A DNA stretch of 64,000 bases from Myxococcota bacterium (GCA_039030515.1 JBCCEA010000005.1:1-64000), one strand, 5' to 3'. Shown: positions 9,598 through 20,622, numbered from the stretch's first letter. Numbers and translations are program-made. Notes: generated from the letters alone by a model not told the origin.

Positions 9598-11418
9598 ATG
9601 CCAAGCCTGAAGTGGATCGCTTCCGAAGGGCGCCCTCGCGTGTTTCCGGTGTTCAAGCAGATCACCTCTATAGGAAGCGCTGCCACGAACGACATCACGA
9701 TCTCTTCTGAGGGGATTACCGAATTTCAGGCGCAGATCGTGTTCGATGGGAGGGAATTCAATCTTGTGGAGATGGACTCCTCTGGAAAACTGCTGATCAA
9801 TGGCAAGAAAAAACGGCGGGGTAAGATCTATCACAACGATAAGCTGAGGTTGGGTTCGGCGAATCTAGTGTTTTCGATCTACGACGAGTTCGTTTCCGGC
9901 CCTAATTTCGATGAAGAAACGCTCCCTATGCAGGCTGAGCTGGCGGGCATGGTGAAGCTTTCTGACTTCAATCAGCGCCTGATGCAGCTGGATTCTCTAC
10001 CAGAGCAGCTCCGTACGCTCTTGGATGCGGTGATCGAGGTAACTGATGCCCAAAAGGGCTTTGTGATCCTCCTCCGGGACGGTGAACCTGAAGTGACCAT
10101 CGCGCGGAATGTGGATGGGCAAGAGCTCAATGCCGGCATTAGTGAACTTTCTGACAGCATACTCAAGCGAGTAGTCGAAGCACGTAGACCGATTATCGTC
10201 AGCGATGCGATGCACGATGCGCAGTTTCGAACCGCGGAGAGCGTGATCAACCTGCAACTCTCCTCAGTGATGTGCGCGCCTTTGATCGCACGGGGCCAAC
10301 TGCTTGGGCTGATTTACGTGGGCAACGACGATGTGATCAGTCTGTTCGATGACTCTAGTCTGAACGTACTGACGATCTTTGCAGGGCAAGCCTCGCTCAT
10401 CCTACAGAATGCCCTCCTGCTCGATGAAGTCTCGACCGATCGAGAGCGAATGGCAAGAGCGCTTGCGGACAAGAGATTTGGCGAGATTATCGGTAGCTGT
10501 AAAAGCCTGACCGATATGTTCCGAAAGATAGGAAAGGTAGCGACAACCGATATCTCTGTACTCATCACCGGCGAAACCGGTACGGGCAAAGAACTTATCG
10601 CTCGAGAACTTCATCGCAATTCGAGACGTAAACAGGGTCCATTCATCGTTGTTAACTGCGGGGCCATCCCGGAAAATCTGATGGAGTCCGAGCTTTTCGG
10701 ACACGTGCGGGGAGCCTTTACCGGCGCTGTAGCCACCCGCAAAGGGAAGTTCCAACTCGCACATGAGGGGACACTCTTCCTCGACGAAATCGGAGAAATG
10801 CCACTCGGACTGCAAGTCAAGTTGTTGCGCGCCTTGCAGGAGCGGGTCGTCATAAAAATCGGCGACACCAAGCCCGAACGAGTCGATATTCGGGTTCTGG
10901 CAGCGACCAACCGTAATCTCGAGCAAGAAATCGACAGCGGCAACTTCCGAGAAGATCTTTTCTATCGACTGAACGTAGTGAACCTGCATGTCCCTCCGCT
11001 GAGGGAGCGTGGAGATGACGTCGCCGTACTCGCTAAGTTTCTTCTCAAGAAATACGCCGATGAGTATGGAAGTACGGTACGCGGATTTACTCCCAACGCG
11101 ATCATTGCGATTCGAAAGTATGAATGGCCAGGTAATGTTCGACAGCTTGAAAACCGTCTAAAAAAAGCGATCGTGCTGTGCGAGAAAAGTCTTGTTGGCC
11201 CCGAAGACCTCGATCTCCTCGGAGAGACCTCAAAACCTATCGAGTCTTTGTCGACCGCGAGAGAAGAGTTTACAAGGCGCTACATCCTTGAGGTGCTCGA
11301 GCAAAATGGCGGCAACCGCACCAAAACTGCACGGGATCTGGACGTCGATCCGCGTACGATTTTTCGTTATCTGGAGCGAGAAACGAATGCTCGAAGCCCG
11401 AAAACCGTTGAAGAATAG
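9598..11418 (+). CDS. Sigma-54 enhancer-binding protein (FHA-GAF-AAA+-Fis HTH)
   Basis: N-terminal FHA-like strands, GAF (SVMCAPL), GETGTGKE, ESELFGHVRGAFTGA, LFLDEIGE, WPGNVRQL, NRTKTARDL. Confidence 0.95.
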   Translation: MPSLKWIASEGRPRVFPVFKQITSIGSAATNDITISSEGITEFQAQIVFDGREFNLVEMDSSGKLLINGKKKRRGKIYHNDKLRLGSANLVFSIYDEFVSGPNFDEETLPMQAELAGMVKLSDFNQRLMQLDSLPEQLRTLLDAVIEVTDAQKGFVILLRDGEPEVTIARNVDGQELNAGISELSDSILKRVVEARRPIIVSDAMHDAQFRTAESVINLQLSSVMCAPLIARGQLLGLIYVGNDDVISLFDDSSLNVLTIFAGQASLILQNALLLDEVSTDRERMARALADKRFGEIIGSCKSLTDMFRKIGKVATTDISVLITGETGTGKELIARELHRNSRRKQGPFIVVNCGAIPENLMESELFGHVRGAFTGAVATRKGKFQLAHEGTLFLDEIGEMPLGLQVKLLRALQERVVIKIGDTKPERVDIRVLAATNRNLEQEIDSGNFREDLFYRLNVVNLHVPPLRERGDDVAVLAKFLLKKYADEYGSTVRGFTPNAIIAIRKYEWPGNVRQLENRLKKAIVLCEKSLVGPEDLDLLGETSKPIESLSTAREEFTRRYILEVLEQNGGNRTKTARDLDVDPRTIFRYLERETNARSPKTVEE

Positions 11419-11423
11419 TCGTC

Positions 11424-12068
11424 ATGAGCGTCTCCTCGGTCAGGGCAGCGCAAAAGAGGCATGACAGAAATGTCGTTATCCTGAGTGCAACATCCGAGGA
11501 CCACCCGAAGAAATGCTTTAGATCCGAGTATTTAAGCAACGCAAAGCCCGACGGTCTGTTTCTTGCAATGTCGATCGTATTGGGTCTTTCAGCCCCGCCA
11601 GCATTCATGGGATGTCTCGTCACTCAACCCCTGGAACAAGAGAAAGAACCGCTCTGCCCGGCAGTGCTTTTACACGACCGCACCGAGCCTTCGATCGACG
11701 ATCTGTATGTAATCGATCTTTCGGATAAAGACGCCAAAGGCGAAATCGAGTTTCAACTCACTATCTACGATTGCAATGTTGAGCAAGATTTGTTGGTTCG
11801 CCCATTTGTGGATGGAAGCGTATTTACTACGGTGCTGGCGCCAGCACCCGCAGACGGCAGCCTCGAACGAACCGTAAGCTTCTCGATCACGGTAAACGGC
11901 AATCTCAATACCCTTGGTTGTCACTCTATCGAAGTACTGATCTCGGAGGGCTTTTCCCAGATTGATCTGCGCCTCCCGATAGCGGAATACGATTTGGGTG
12001 GAGGCATCTGGTGGGTAGCTACGATCGACGAAAACGTCTTCACCATCGATCCCTCCACCTGCCCATGA
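11424..12068 (+). CDS. Hypothetical protein, probable lipoprotein
   Basis: Hydrophobic stretch ending FMGC; start uncertain; overlaps next gene. Confidence 0.6.
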   Translation: MSVSSVRAAQKRHDRNVVILSATSEDHPKKCFRSEYLSNAKPDGLFLAMSIVLGLSAPPAFMGCLVTQPLEQEKEPLCPAVLLHDRTEPSIDDLYVIDLSDKDAKGEIEFQLTIYDCNVEQDLLVRPFVDGSVFTTVLAPAPADGSLERTVSFSITVNGNLNTLGCHSIEVLISEGFSQIDLRLPIAEYDLGGGIWWVATIDENVFTIDPSTCP

Positions 12069-13831
12069 AAAAGCCTACTAAAATTACACCTCTAATGATG
12101 TGTGGTTTATTACTTTATTCATGCAGCGAACACGCAAATTCTACTGCAGGAACAAACATCTGCCGCAGCGAGAGCGAGTGCCCTGACGAAAGTACGTGCA
12201 GCACCTCTGTTGGCCAGTGTGTCGGTGAGCCCGAGGAGGGTTCCTCCCACCAAATCGCCTTCAGGATTGCGCCCTCAAGTGGCGACTGGGACACCTCGTT
12301 TGAGCCCGTTCCTTTTGAACGACTGCGTAGTACCGGAGAAGAGAGCGAATATAGTGTTCAACTGAAGACGGAGCCCATCTTGGAGATCGTGGGCAACGTA
12401 TGGACGGCGGCAACACAAACCCCTATTTCCGCTGAAATCGTTTTCTCCCGGCCGTCGGCATACCCAGGCGGTGCAGATCACGAGGTATCCACCACGACCA
12501 ACGATATGTTTGAGACTCCGGCGGGAGCAGCGAGCTATCGCGTCAAACTTCCCGCTTCAATGGATGAAAGCATTGCCTATGATTTGCTCATTCAGCCAAC
12601 GGGCAGCGACCGAAGCGTCTATCCACCTATACGTGTCAAAGATGTGAAACCGCCGGGTGATCATCCCCGAGGCGCCATCCTCGCCGAGAACTTCACTTAT
12701 GACGTGGACGCGTTTCCATCGATATCGGGAATCCTCGTCACCAGAGATACAAGCGGTACGGTCACGGAGGAGGAGCACCTCGTGGTGCGTGCGATCGACC
12801 GATGTGATTCCGCGGAGGTTATCTCAAACACCGTATCGACCGGCGAATCGACGCAGTCAGCAGGGGGGTTCTCGCTACTGCTTGCACCGGAGGAACACCG
12901 TACGTGCACTCAAACGGGATACTTAATTCGGGTATCGGGAGGCAGCAAGCGACCTCTTTTTCCAGAGCTAGTCTTTGATCCGAACTTCTTCTTCAATGGC
13001 GAAAATGATCTGCGACTACTCGTTCCAAGCATCGAAACCACGCGCATTGCAGGCACCGTGCAAACCATGAACGGTGGACTCGTTCCGGAAGCGCTTCTTT
13101 CTTTTGAAACTGAGACAGTACTCGATCCCGAAACCGGCATCGTCGGTTCATTTCGGACCACTACGGAAACCGATCAAGAAGGGTCCTTTGCGGTGGAGCT
13201 TCTCGCGGCGGAAGGATACCGAGTCACGATCACGCCACCGCTCACCTCGATAGATACCGATAAAGACCCAAAGACGCCTGCTCGTGACCTAGGAGTACGC
13301 GTCATTGAAGCGGTCGCCGTAACGCTCGATTCATCTCAGAAAACGGTATTCCAAGTTCACGAACGCACACTTCTCAACATCGAGCTCACCGCCGCAGATG
13401 GAATTACACCCTTTATCACTGCTGCAATTACCGCCAATGCAGTCGATGATGCTGGACGCACCAGCTTGAGTAACGCCCATCGCACCACTCAGATCGCACC
13501 TGTCGAAAAGCCAGGACACTATGAAGCGCGCCTTGATCAAGGCGAATACAATGTGGTGCTCCGCCCTCAGTCCTCAAGCGGATATCCCTGGAGGGTCTTG
13601 TCCGGAGTCACGGTAGGGAGCACACCGCTCTTTGTGCAGACTCAGATTCCCGTTCCGGTGCCGGTATATGGACGCTTAATTGACTCGGAGGGGAACGCGA
13701 TGCCCCGAGCGGAAGTCGAGTTCTTTGGCCTGATCACTCTCGCGGAAGGCAACCCTCGAGTCCTGAAAATCGGAACAAGCACCACCACAGAAGAAGGGTA
13801 CTTTCGGGCGCTCTTGCCGCCTACATTTTAG
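12065..13831 (+). CDS. Lipoprotein with a Cys-rich N-terminus and repeated carboxypeptidase-regulatory-like beta-sandwich domains
   Basis: MKK..LLLYSC lipobox; CRSESECPDESTC; repeated G-x-V/L..TDxxGxF motifs. Confidence 0.7.
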   Translation: MKKPTKITPLMMCGLLLYSCSEHANSTAGTNICRSESECPDESTCSTSVGQCVGEPEEGSSHQIAFRIAPSSGDWDTSFEPVPFERLRSTGEESEYSVQLKTEPILEIVGNVWTAATQTPISAEIVFSRPSAYPGGADHEVSTTTNDMFETPAGAASYRVKLPASMDESIAYDLLIQPTGSDRSVYPPIRVKDVKPPGDHPRGAILAENFTYDVDAFPSISGILVTRDTSGTVTEEEHLVVRAIDRCDSAEVISNTVSTGESTQSAGGFSLLLAPEEHRTCTQTGYLIRVSGGSKRPLFPELVFDPNFFFNGENDLRLLVPSIETTRIAGTVQTMNGGLVPEALLSFETETVLDPETGIVGSFRTTTETDQEGSFAVELLAAEGYRVTITPPLTSIDTDKDPKTPARDLGVRVIEAVAVTLDSSQKTVFQVHERTLLNIELTAADGITPFITAAITANAVDDAGRTSLSNAHRTTQIAPVEKPGHYEARLDQGEYNVVLRPQSSSGYPWRVLSGVTVGSTPLFVQTQIPVPVPVYGRLIDSEGNAMPRAEVEFFGLITLAEGNPRVLKIGTSTTTEEGYFRALLPPTF

Positions 13832-13846
13832 AAGGCTGGTCGAGCT

Positions 13847-15484
13847 TCACGCGGTTTTACTTCGCCAAAGTCTGCGCTTACGAAGTAGAAGCGGAAATGA
13901 ACACAAAAACCCGAGCCATCCGGGCCAGTCCCCTACGCTTTGATAAACAGTCGCTTGTTCCAGCAGAGGAACTTCAGCGACAACCGCTTCACGCGTATTG
14001 ACCTGGGAATGTGACAGGGTGCGGCCGATAGGATCGACTACAGCACTCACGCCGCTATTGGTAGCTCGGACTAGCGATCGATGATGCTCCACTGCCCGAA
14101 ACTTCGCTAGGGCCAAATGTATCCACGGTTCGGTGGTGTCTCCAAACCAAGAGTCGTTTGTGATGTTGACCAGCAAGTGCGGCCGGTCATGAAGTACTGC
14201 TCTTCGAGTGAAATTAGGCAGCACGTCTTCATAACAGATCAGAGTGGTGATGCGATGCTCACCCAGCGGCATCATCTGAAAGTGTTGTCCCGGAGTGAAG
14301 TGGCCACTATTGGGAGACCATTCGTAGAGAATAGGAAAGAGTTCACCAAATGGCAGGTACTCACCAAAGGCAAGTAAGAATTGCTTATGGTAAACCGCTT
14401 GAAGATCACCTGCCGCATCGACCAAATAAGCGCTGTTGTATAGCTTTCTCTCCCCTTCAACACGCTGCATGGCAATTCCGCCAAAAAGCAGTGGCGTACG
14501 GAGGGGGCCCAGTACGATTCCTCGGTGAATGGTAGATAAAACTCCGCTCTGAAAATTATTTATATTCTCAGGAATCATCCGATTGAATGAGGACTCTGGC
14601 CAAACGATGAGATCCAGTTCATTGGTGGATTCAAGCGCCAGGGAATCTGATAGATGCCTATAATGACCCTCCAGTGCGGAGCGGCGTTTCTCCTTCATGC
14701 TCAAGCTCGTTTGAATCAAGCCGACGTTCATCGTCGGAGCCTGAGCCATCTGGTTTGTTACGTCTGAAATGCGAAAAATTCCATAAGCGTAGGTAAGAGC
14801 CATCGCTACCGCTGCTGCAAAAGCGGTTTTCTTCGAGAATGCGCTTCCGCGGTGGCAGAAGAACCAGAACAATTCGAAAAAAGCACTATTGACCAGAATC
14901 AGGAGCGCGCTGAGTAGAATCGGGCCTCCTAAGTCGGCTATCTGAATCATAGGTGGCAAGAGATGCAAACTGTTGCCGAGGTAGCTCGGAAAAATCATCG
15001 GAGTGATCCACTCGAGCCCACACCAAAGCACGATCGCAGCTACGGGAATCGCATGGCCGCGACGCTGAGCATCATGCGTCAGCAGGACAAAGAACGCCTG
15101 TTGAAGTCCATGGGCGCCCCAGAATAGACAGGCGATCAAAATGGAGATCGGAAGCGGAAACCCCGAAAAGTTTTCGAGAAAACCCACCATCCAATAGTAA
15201 CCGCCCGCCTGACTAAAAAACCCGAAGACCCAGCCGAGCCGCAGCATGCGAAAGGGCTTGGCCGAGGGCTCTGATCGGATGACCCATAGGATGGGAACAA
15301 AAGAGCATAGCTGCAGTGGCCAAAGGTCAAACCCAGCAAACCCAAGAAAGTAAAGCACTCCGCTGGTTGTGCTGAGAAGCCAGGGTGCGATCACTTGAAA
15401 AGCGGAGTCCGGTGCAGACGGCTGTATTTCTGGAGCGGCAGGCATAGAGGGTGCGGCGTATCCAACGCCTGCCCCATTGGTCAA
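13847..15484 (-). CDS. lnt: Apolipoprotein N-acyltransferase
   Basis: Multi-TM N-terminus; VWPES, YHKQFLLAFGEYLP, LICYED, NITNDSWFG, RATNSGVS. Confidence 0.95.
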   Translation of the reverse strand: MTNGAGVGYAAPSMPAAPEIQPSAPDSAFQVIAPWLLSTTSGVLYFLGFAGFDLWPLQLCSFVPILWVIRSEPSAKPFRMLRLGWVFGFFSQAGGYYWMVGFLENFSGFPLPISILIACLFWGAHGLQQAFFVLLTHDAQRRGHAIPVAAIVLWCGLEWITPMIFPSYLGNSLHLLPPMIQIADLGGPILLSALLILVNSAFFELFWFFCHRGSAFSKKTAFAAAVAMALTYAYGIFRISDVTNQMAQAPTMNVGLIQTSLSMKEKRRSALEGHYRHLSDSLALESTNELDLIVWPESSFNRMIPENINNFQSGVLSTIHRGIVLGPLRTPLLFGGIAMQRVEGERKLYNSAYLVDAAGDLQAVYHKQFLLAFGEYLPFGELFPILYEWSPNSGHFTPGQHFQMMPLGEHRITTLICYEDVLPNFTRRAVLHDRPHLLVNITNDSWFGDTTEPWIHLALAKFRAVEHHRSLVRATNSGVSAVVDPIGRTLSHSQVNTREAVVAEVPLLEQATVYQSVGDWPGWLGFLCSFPLLLRKRRLWRSKTA

Positions 15485-15888
15485 GTCGAGCGGCGTCTAT
15501 TCAGCACAAGGGAAACCGTATCGAGTAGGCCCTGCTGTTTGAACGGCTTGATGAGATATTGCGTCGCGCCAGAGTTGATGCCCGCGACAACCTCACGCGG
15601 ATCGTTTTTTGCCGTGAGTATGATAACTGGGGTGTGCGCAGTTCCCTCGTTCTTCCGAATCGCCTGCAGTAAAGCGAGGCCGTCCATCTTGGGCATCATG
15701 ACATCGGTGATCACCAAATCGAACGGAGGATCGGCTTTGATCAGGCATTGAAGCGCCTGCTCTCCGTCTCCCACGCCAACCACTTCGATCGCCACCGACT
15801 TGAGAATGCGTACGGTCAGTCTTCTCAGAGTCTCGTCATCTTCAGCGACGAGAAACCTACCCCATTGCAAATTTGATTCTTGAGACAT
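15481..15888 (-). CDS. Single-domain response regulator (CheY-like)
   Basis: VAEDD, DVMMPKMDG, IILTA, YLIKPF. Confidence 0.93.
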   Translation of the reverse strand: MSQESNLQWGRFLVAEDDETLRRLTVRILKSVAIEVVGVGDGEQALQCLIKADPPFDLVITDVMMPKMDGLALLQAIRKNEGTAHTPVIILTAKNDPREVVAGINSGATQYLIKPFKQQGLLDTVSLVLNRRRST

Positions 15889-15899
15889 GGTGACCGGGC

Positions 15900-17273
15900 C
15901 TAAACTCTGGAAGTGAGCACTCGATTCAGCGCTTCATCAACGATATCGATCAGCTCAGACAGCTCTTCGAGCGATATCGTGAGGCTCGGACAGAGATAGA
16001 CGGTGTCTCCGAGAGGTCTCAATAGCGCTCCCAACTTGAGCGCCTCCTGATAGACCTCCCATCCCAACCGACCATGGTATCCCCCTGTTCCCAAATCAAC
16101 AGCTCCCATCATCCCACAAGATCGAGGGTGGTTCGTACCCTCAAAGCGACTAAATCGCTCGAAAGCGGTCCGAATGGCGTTCATCTTCGGCGGCAACGAT
16201 TCTAAGACGCCTTCTTCCCGATAGATCGAGAGGACTTCTCTTGCTACGGCGGCTCCGAGAGGGTTTCCAAAAAAAGTATGACCGTGCATCAGGGCACGCT
16301 CCCTACCTCCTGAAAACCCGTCGAATACCCGCTGCGTCGTCAGCGTAGCGGAAAAAGGCAACATTCCCCCGGAAAGTCCCTTTGCGGTGCACAGCATGTC
16401 CGGGGTGATCCCAGCGCGCGAACACGCCCACATCGCCCCCGTCCTGCCGAGACCGGTAAACACTTCATCGGCGATTAAGAAGACATTTCGTTTGGCAGTG
16501 ATCTCCCGCAAACGGCGGAGCTCCTCTTCGGGCCAAACCCGCATCCCAGCGGCACCTTGAATAAGGGGCTCGACGATCACGGCGGCTACTTCGTCAGAGT
16601 GTCGATCCATGATCAACTCGACCTGATCGACCACATCACCCCACTGATGCGGCCGCGGCCAAGCGGTTTCTTGCGCACTTCGTTCTGCTTGTGGAGGTTC
16701 GGGACGAAAGGCGGAAACACAGACTGGTTCAAATATTCCCGAAAACTCCTCCAGATCGCTGACACCCATCGCGCCGAAGGTATCTCCATGAAACGCTCCA
16801 GGCAGAGTGACGCATCGGTATCGGGCAGGTTCCCCGTTTTGCCGAAAATACTGAATGGCCATCTTAAGCGCGACTTCCACGGAGGTCGATCCATTGTCGC
16901 TGAAAAAAACTCGCGCGAGCCCTGCAGGAGCCACCTCAAGCAGCTCTTCTGCGAGGCGTACCGCTGGCTCGTGAGTCATCCCGGCGAAGGCGCAATGGAC
17001 GAGGTGCTCCGTTTGCCGGCGCAGGGCCGCGATCAGGCGCGGGTGGCGATGGCCGAGATTGCTGCACCACCAAGACGCGTTGGCATCAAAAATCCGGCGC
17101 CCCCCTTGGACGTAGATGAACGGCCCCTCAGCACGTTCCACAAGCAGCGGAGACACCGTCGCATGCTCTTCATTGCCGGTGTAGGGTCGCCAAAGCAGTC
17201 GTCGATCGAGATCGATCAAATCTGCAGAAGAGACTCTTTGTGAACCAGGGCGTGAATCGCGATCTCTATCCAA
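15900..17273 (-). CDS. bioA: Adenosylmethionine-8-amino-7-oxononanoate aminotransferase
   Basis: LWRPYT, SWW, DNGSTSVEVALKMA, FHGDTFGAM, IADEVFTGLGRTG, AKGLSGG, HGHTFFGNP, LRPLG. Confidence 0.93.
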   Translation of the reverse strand: MDRDRDSRPGSQRVSSADLIDLDRRLLWRPYTGNEEHATVSPLLVERAEGPFIYVQGGRRIFDANASWWCSNLGHRHPRLIAALRRQTEHLVHCAFAGMTHEPAVRLAEELLEVAPAGLARVFFSDNGSTSVEVALKMAIQYFRQNGEPARYRCVTLPGAFHGDTFGAMGVSDLEEFSGIFEPVCVSAFRPEPPQAERSAQETAWPRPHQWGDVVDQVELIMDRHSDEVAAVIVEPLIQGAAGMRVWPEEELRRLREITAKRNVFLIADEVFTGLGRTGAMWACSRAGITPDMLCTAKGLSGGMLPFSATLTTQRVFDGFSGGRERALMHGHTFFGNPLGAAVAREVLSIYREEGVLESLPPKMNAIRTAFERFSRFEGTNHPRSCGMMGAVDLGTGGYHGRLGWEVYQEALKLGALLRPLGDTVYLCPSLTISLEELSELIDIVDEALNRVLTSRV

Positions 17274-17404
17274 GAGACACTCTCTTTGGCTGAGATAAAC
17301 CCTCGTCTACCCTGTCGATTTCCATCCAATCCGCGTTCATCGGGTCCAGCTCTATCTCTGCCGCACCTTCCCTCGGAACGCCAGACAAACGCCCAGGAAC
17401 GAAG

Positions 17405-17745
17405 GCGTACTTGACGTACGTTGAGCGACGAGCATCGGAGGTAAGCCGCTGTTTGGGCCGACTTAGCAACCCCCCCAGCGGGTCTAGTTGGTCCAAACAG
17501 CCAGCGCCCCCCAGCACGCCTCGCTAGGCCTGAACGCCTGCTTTCCTCCCATGCTCGATGTTCGAAGTAGCGGAACTACTCCTTCACATCTGCGCGTGCG
17601 GGGCGCTAAGCGTTCAAACCCATCGTGACGCGCTGGGCCGGGGAGGACGAGCGTACTTGACGTACGTTGAGCGACGAGCATCGGAGGTAAGCAGCTGTTT
17701 GAACCAACCTAGACCCGCTGGGTTTGGGCCGACATAGACCCGCTG
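17405..17745. repeat. Interspersed palindromic/MITE-like element, copy 2
   Basis: Core shared with 9218-9339; ~29-bp inverted repeats at 17474-17501 and 17694-17722; ~50-bp module duplicated at 17405 and 17651. Confidence 0.85.
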
Positions 17746-20514
17746 TTAGTGGGATTGAACGAAGACCTCACGACGTCCGCCAGCCTTACCACTCGCAGGA
17801 CCGACGATACCTTCGGTTTCCATCCGTTCGACCAGTTTGGCCGCTTTATTGTAGCCGACACTGAGCTGGCGCTGAATGTGGCTAATCGAACAGTATCCGA
17901 CGTCGGCTACGACCGCGACCGCCTTGTCGTACAGTGGATCGTCACTGGTTCGACCGGTAAGGGGGCCGTCTTCTTCGTCTTCTCGAGGTTTGAGAATGTC
18001 TTCATCGTAGACAGGGGACGCTTGCGCTCTTAGATGGTCGCAGACGCTCTTTACCTCTTCTTCGTCGATGAAGGCTCCGTGCACCCGAGTGAGATCGCTT
18101 GAGCCGGGGGGTAGGAGGAGAAGGTCGCCTCGCCCCAACAGATGTTCGGCACCGTTTCGACCCAGTATCGTTTTGCTGTCTTCGCGCTGAGAGACTTTAA
18201 ACGCCATTCTTGCGGGGAAGTTGGCTTTGATCATCCCGGTAATGACGTCAACGCTTGGGCGCTGAGTCGCGAGCAGGACATGAATGCCGGCAGCACGAGC
18301 TTTTTGGGCCAGGCGCGCGACGCAGGCTTCTACATCTTTCGCGGCTACCATCATCAAGTCTGCAAATTCGTCTACGACGACCACGATGTGTGGTAGGCGC
18401 TCGGGAGCTTTTGGCGCGTTATCTTCTGCTGCGCCACGACGGGAACGGCAAAAATTCTCAGGAGTTAGCTGACCATCGAGCACTTTTTGGACTCGAGCGT
18501 TGTAGGTCAAGATATTTCTCGTGCCTGCGTCTGCAAAAAGCTGATATCGGCGCTCCATCTCGTCGACCGCCCACTTCAGGGCCAAAGCGGCTTTTTTCAT
18601 GTCCGTGACGACGGGGAGCAGCATGTGCGGGATACCGTCGAACACCGCCAGCTCGACAACCTTGGGATCGATCATGAGCAGGCGTACTTCTTCGGGGGTT
18701 TTCTTCGCGAGCAGAGAGACCAGCATCACGTTGATACCGACACTCTTGCCCTGTCCGGTGGCGCCGGCTACCAACAGGTGAGGCATTTTGGCGAGATCGC
18801 CGTACACGGGATTGCCGGAAATGTCTTTGCCCAGGGCGAACGGGAGAGAACCTTTTTGCTTTTCCCAATGAGCGTCTTCGAGGATGTCCCGCAGGTACAC
18901 GATTTGGCGGTGTTCGTTCGGCAATTCGAAACCTACCCGTGCTTTCCCAGGTATCGGGGCGACGATTCGCACCTTTTGCGCGGCGAGCGCCATGGCTAGA
19001 TCGTCCGAGAGATTGGCGATCTTGGATAGCTTGGTCCCACTCTGGGGCTCGAATTCGTACATGGTGACGACAGGTCCGGGATGAATCTCATCAACTCGAC
19101 CCTTGACGCCGTAGGCTTCTAATTTTTCCACCAGTCTTTTTGCGTTTGCACGCAGCACCTCTGGTTCGATGGGGATGATGTTTTCTGGTGGAGCAGCGAG
19201 CAGGTCGGACGGGGGCAAGCGAAACGGACTCACCGGAGAAGCGGAAGCGGCGCGTGGTTCAGACTCGAAACCGAGGGGTGTTGTCGCTACCGGTGCCTGA
19301 GGTCCTGGAGCGACGATCTTTGGACCGCGCACGTCTGATAGGTCCTCGGAGGACGCGAGATCCTGCTCCAGAGCTGGTGGTTCGGGCAGCGCCGGTGGCT
19401 GGAATTCTGAGTCCTGAAACCCTATCTCTTCGACAGCGCGCTCCGCCTCGGCAAGCGATTCAAACGATGAGGACTCCGCAGAAGCGACAAAACTCTGAGG
19501 CTTTGGCCTCTCCTCGAGGTGTGCCGCAGTGTGTTCCAAGCTCTCGACTTCTTCTTCCGCTTCGAGAAGCGCCCCCTGCAGCCTATCCACAACCGCTGGC
19601 TGAACGACTGGAGCGCCCCCTGAGATTCTATTTGAGAAGTGCACCTCATTTGAGAGGCAACCCTCCTCATTCGCTTGCGAGATATGATCGCCTTCGACGC
19701 GATCTTCGGACAGCAGAGGGCTGGAGGCCTCTTGGGAAAGGTGGTTTGAGGATGTCTTCGAGCCAGGGTTCCTTTTTTTGCGGGCGAGCTTCCGGACCGG
19801 CGCTTCCTCGAATCCTACGATCTTCGGCGCCACCGCTTCGAGGGCGGCTTCCCGCTCCTCAAGCTCAAGCCGTCGTGCCTCGCGCCATGCCGTCGCGAAA
19901 GAAAGGCCCGCCGCCCACAACCCGAGCAAACCGTCTCGAAACCACGACAGACAGCGACCTACCGTGCCGACGATCGAGAGCGGCGTGCGCAGCACAGCGG
20001 TGATGAGCAGAATCGAAGCGCCGACCACATAAGCCCCGATGAGTCCCAGCAGCGAACGCGCTACTTCACCGAGAACCTCTCCAAGCACGCCCCCCGGCGC
20101 ATGCCCACCAAAGGCGACCACGCCGTCGATCGAAAGATGCAACAGGGCACACGCGACCAAAACGATCACCAGCGTCGCTGCAACGGTCGCCACTCCTAAG
20201 GTCGCGCTTCGGCGACCAAACAAGCGAAATGTCGAGAGGAACAGCTCGACCGGAATCACCCAAGCGGCGATCCCGAAGGCGTTGACCAAGGAAGCGGCGA
20301 TCGCCGTGCCCACCGGGCCCACAAGGTTCTCACCACCACGGGCGTCGTACGAGTAGAGTGAAAGAGCGACAAGAGCGGTCGATGCGCCGCAGATAATGCC
20401 AAAAACCTCATGGCGACGACTTCGCACATGGGGGAACTCCTCTTCGGAAGCCGTCTCTAGTATGCTCAAGTGCGCACCATCCCACATATCAGAATCGATG
20501 GCGTACATCGCCAC
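17746..20514 (-). CDS. ftsK: DNA translocase FtsK
   Basis: 4-TM N-terminus, linker, GPVVTMYE, HLLVAGATGQGKS, VDEFADLM, ATQRPSVDVITG, gamma domain. Confidence 0.96.
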   Translation of the reverse strand: MAMYAIDSDMWDGAHLSILETASEEEFPHVRSRRHEVFGIICGASTALVALSLYSYDARGGENLVGPVGTAIAASLVNAFGIAAWVIPVELFLSTFRLFGRRSATLGVATVAATLVIVLVACALLHLSIDGVVAFGGHAPGGVLGEVLGEVARSLLGLIGAYVVGASILLITAVLRTPLSIVGTVGRCLSWFRDGLLGLWAAGLSFATAWREARRLELEEREAALEAVAPKIVGFEEAPVRKLARKKRNPGSKTSSNHLSQEASSPLLSEDRVEGDHISQANEEGCLSNEVHFSNRISGGAPVVQPAVVDRLQGALLEAEEEVESLEHTAAHLEERPKPQSFVASAESSSFESLAEAERAVEEIGFQDSEFQPPALPEPPALEQDLASSEDLSDVRGPKIVAPGPQAPVATTPLGFESEPRAASASPVSPFRLPPSDLLAAPPENIIPIEPEVLRANAKRLVEKLEAYGVKGRVDEIHPGPVVTMYEFEPQSGTKLSKIANLSDDLAMALAAQKVRIVAPIPGKARVGFELPNEHRQIVYLRDILEDAHWEKQKGSLPFALGKDISGNPVYGDLAKMPHLLVAGATGQGKSVGINVMLVSLLAKKTPEEVRLLMIDPKVVELAVFDGIPHMLLPVVTDMKKAALALKWAVDEMERRYQLFADAGTRNILTYNARVQKVLDGQLTPENFCRSRRGAAEDNAPKAPERLPHIVVVVDEFADLMMVAAKDVEACVARLAQKARAAGIHVLLATQRPSVDVITGMIKANFPARMAFKVSQREDSKTILGRNGAEHLLGRGDLLLLPPGSSDLTRVHGAFIDEEEVKSVCDHLRAQASPVYDEDILKPREDEEDGPLTGRTSDDPLYDKAVAVVADVGYCSISHIQRQLSVGYNKAAKLVERMETEGIVGPASGKAGGRREVFVQSH

Positions 20515-20622
20515 GTCAAGAAAACGTCCGGGTTCACACCACTATTGATTCAGGGTGGGGATCGCCTACTATCAGGGCGCCACTCTAGAAGCCTCGACGT
20601 TTCGGCTCGATTTAAAGGTACC

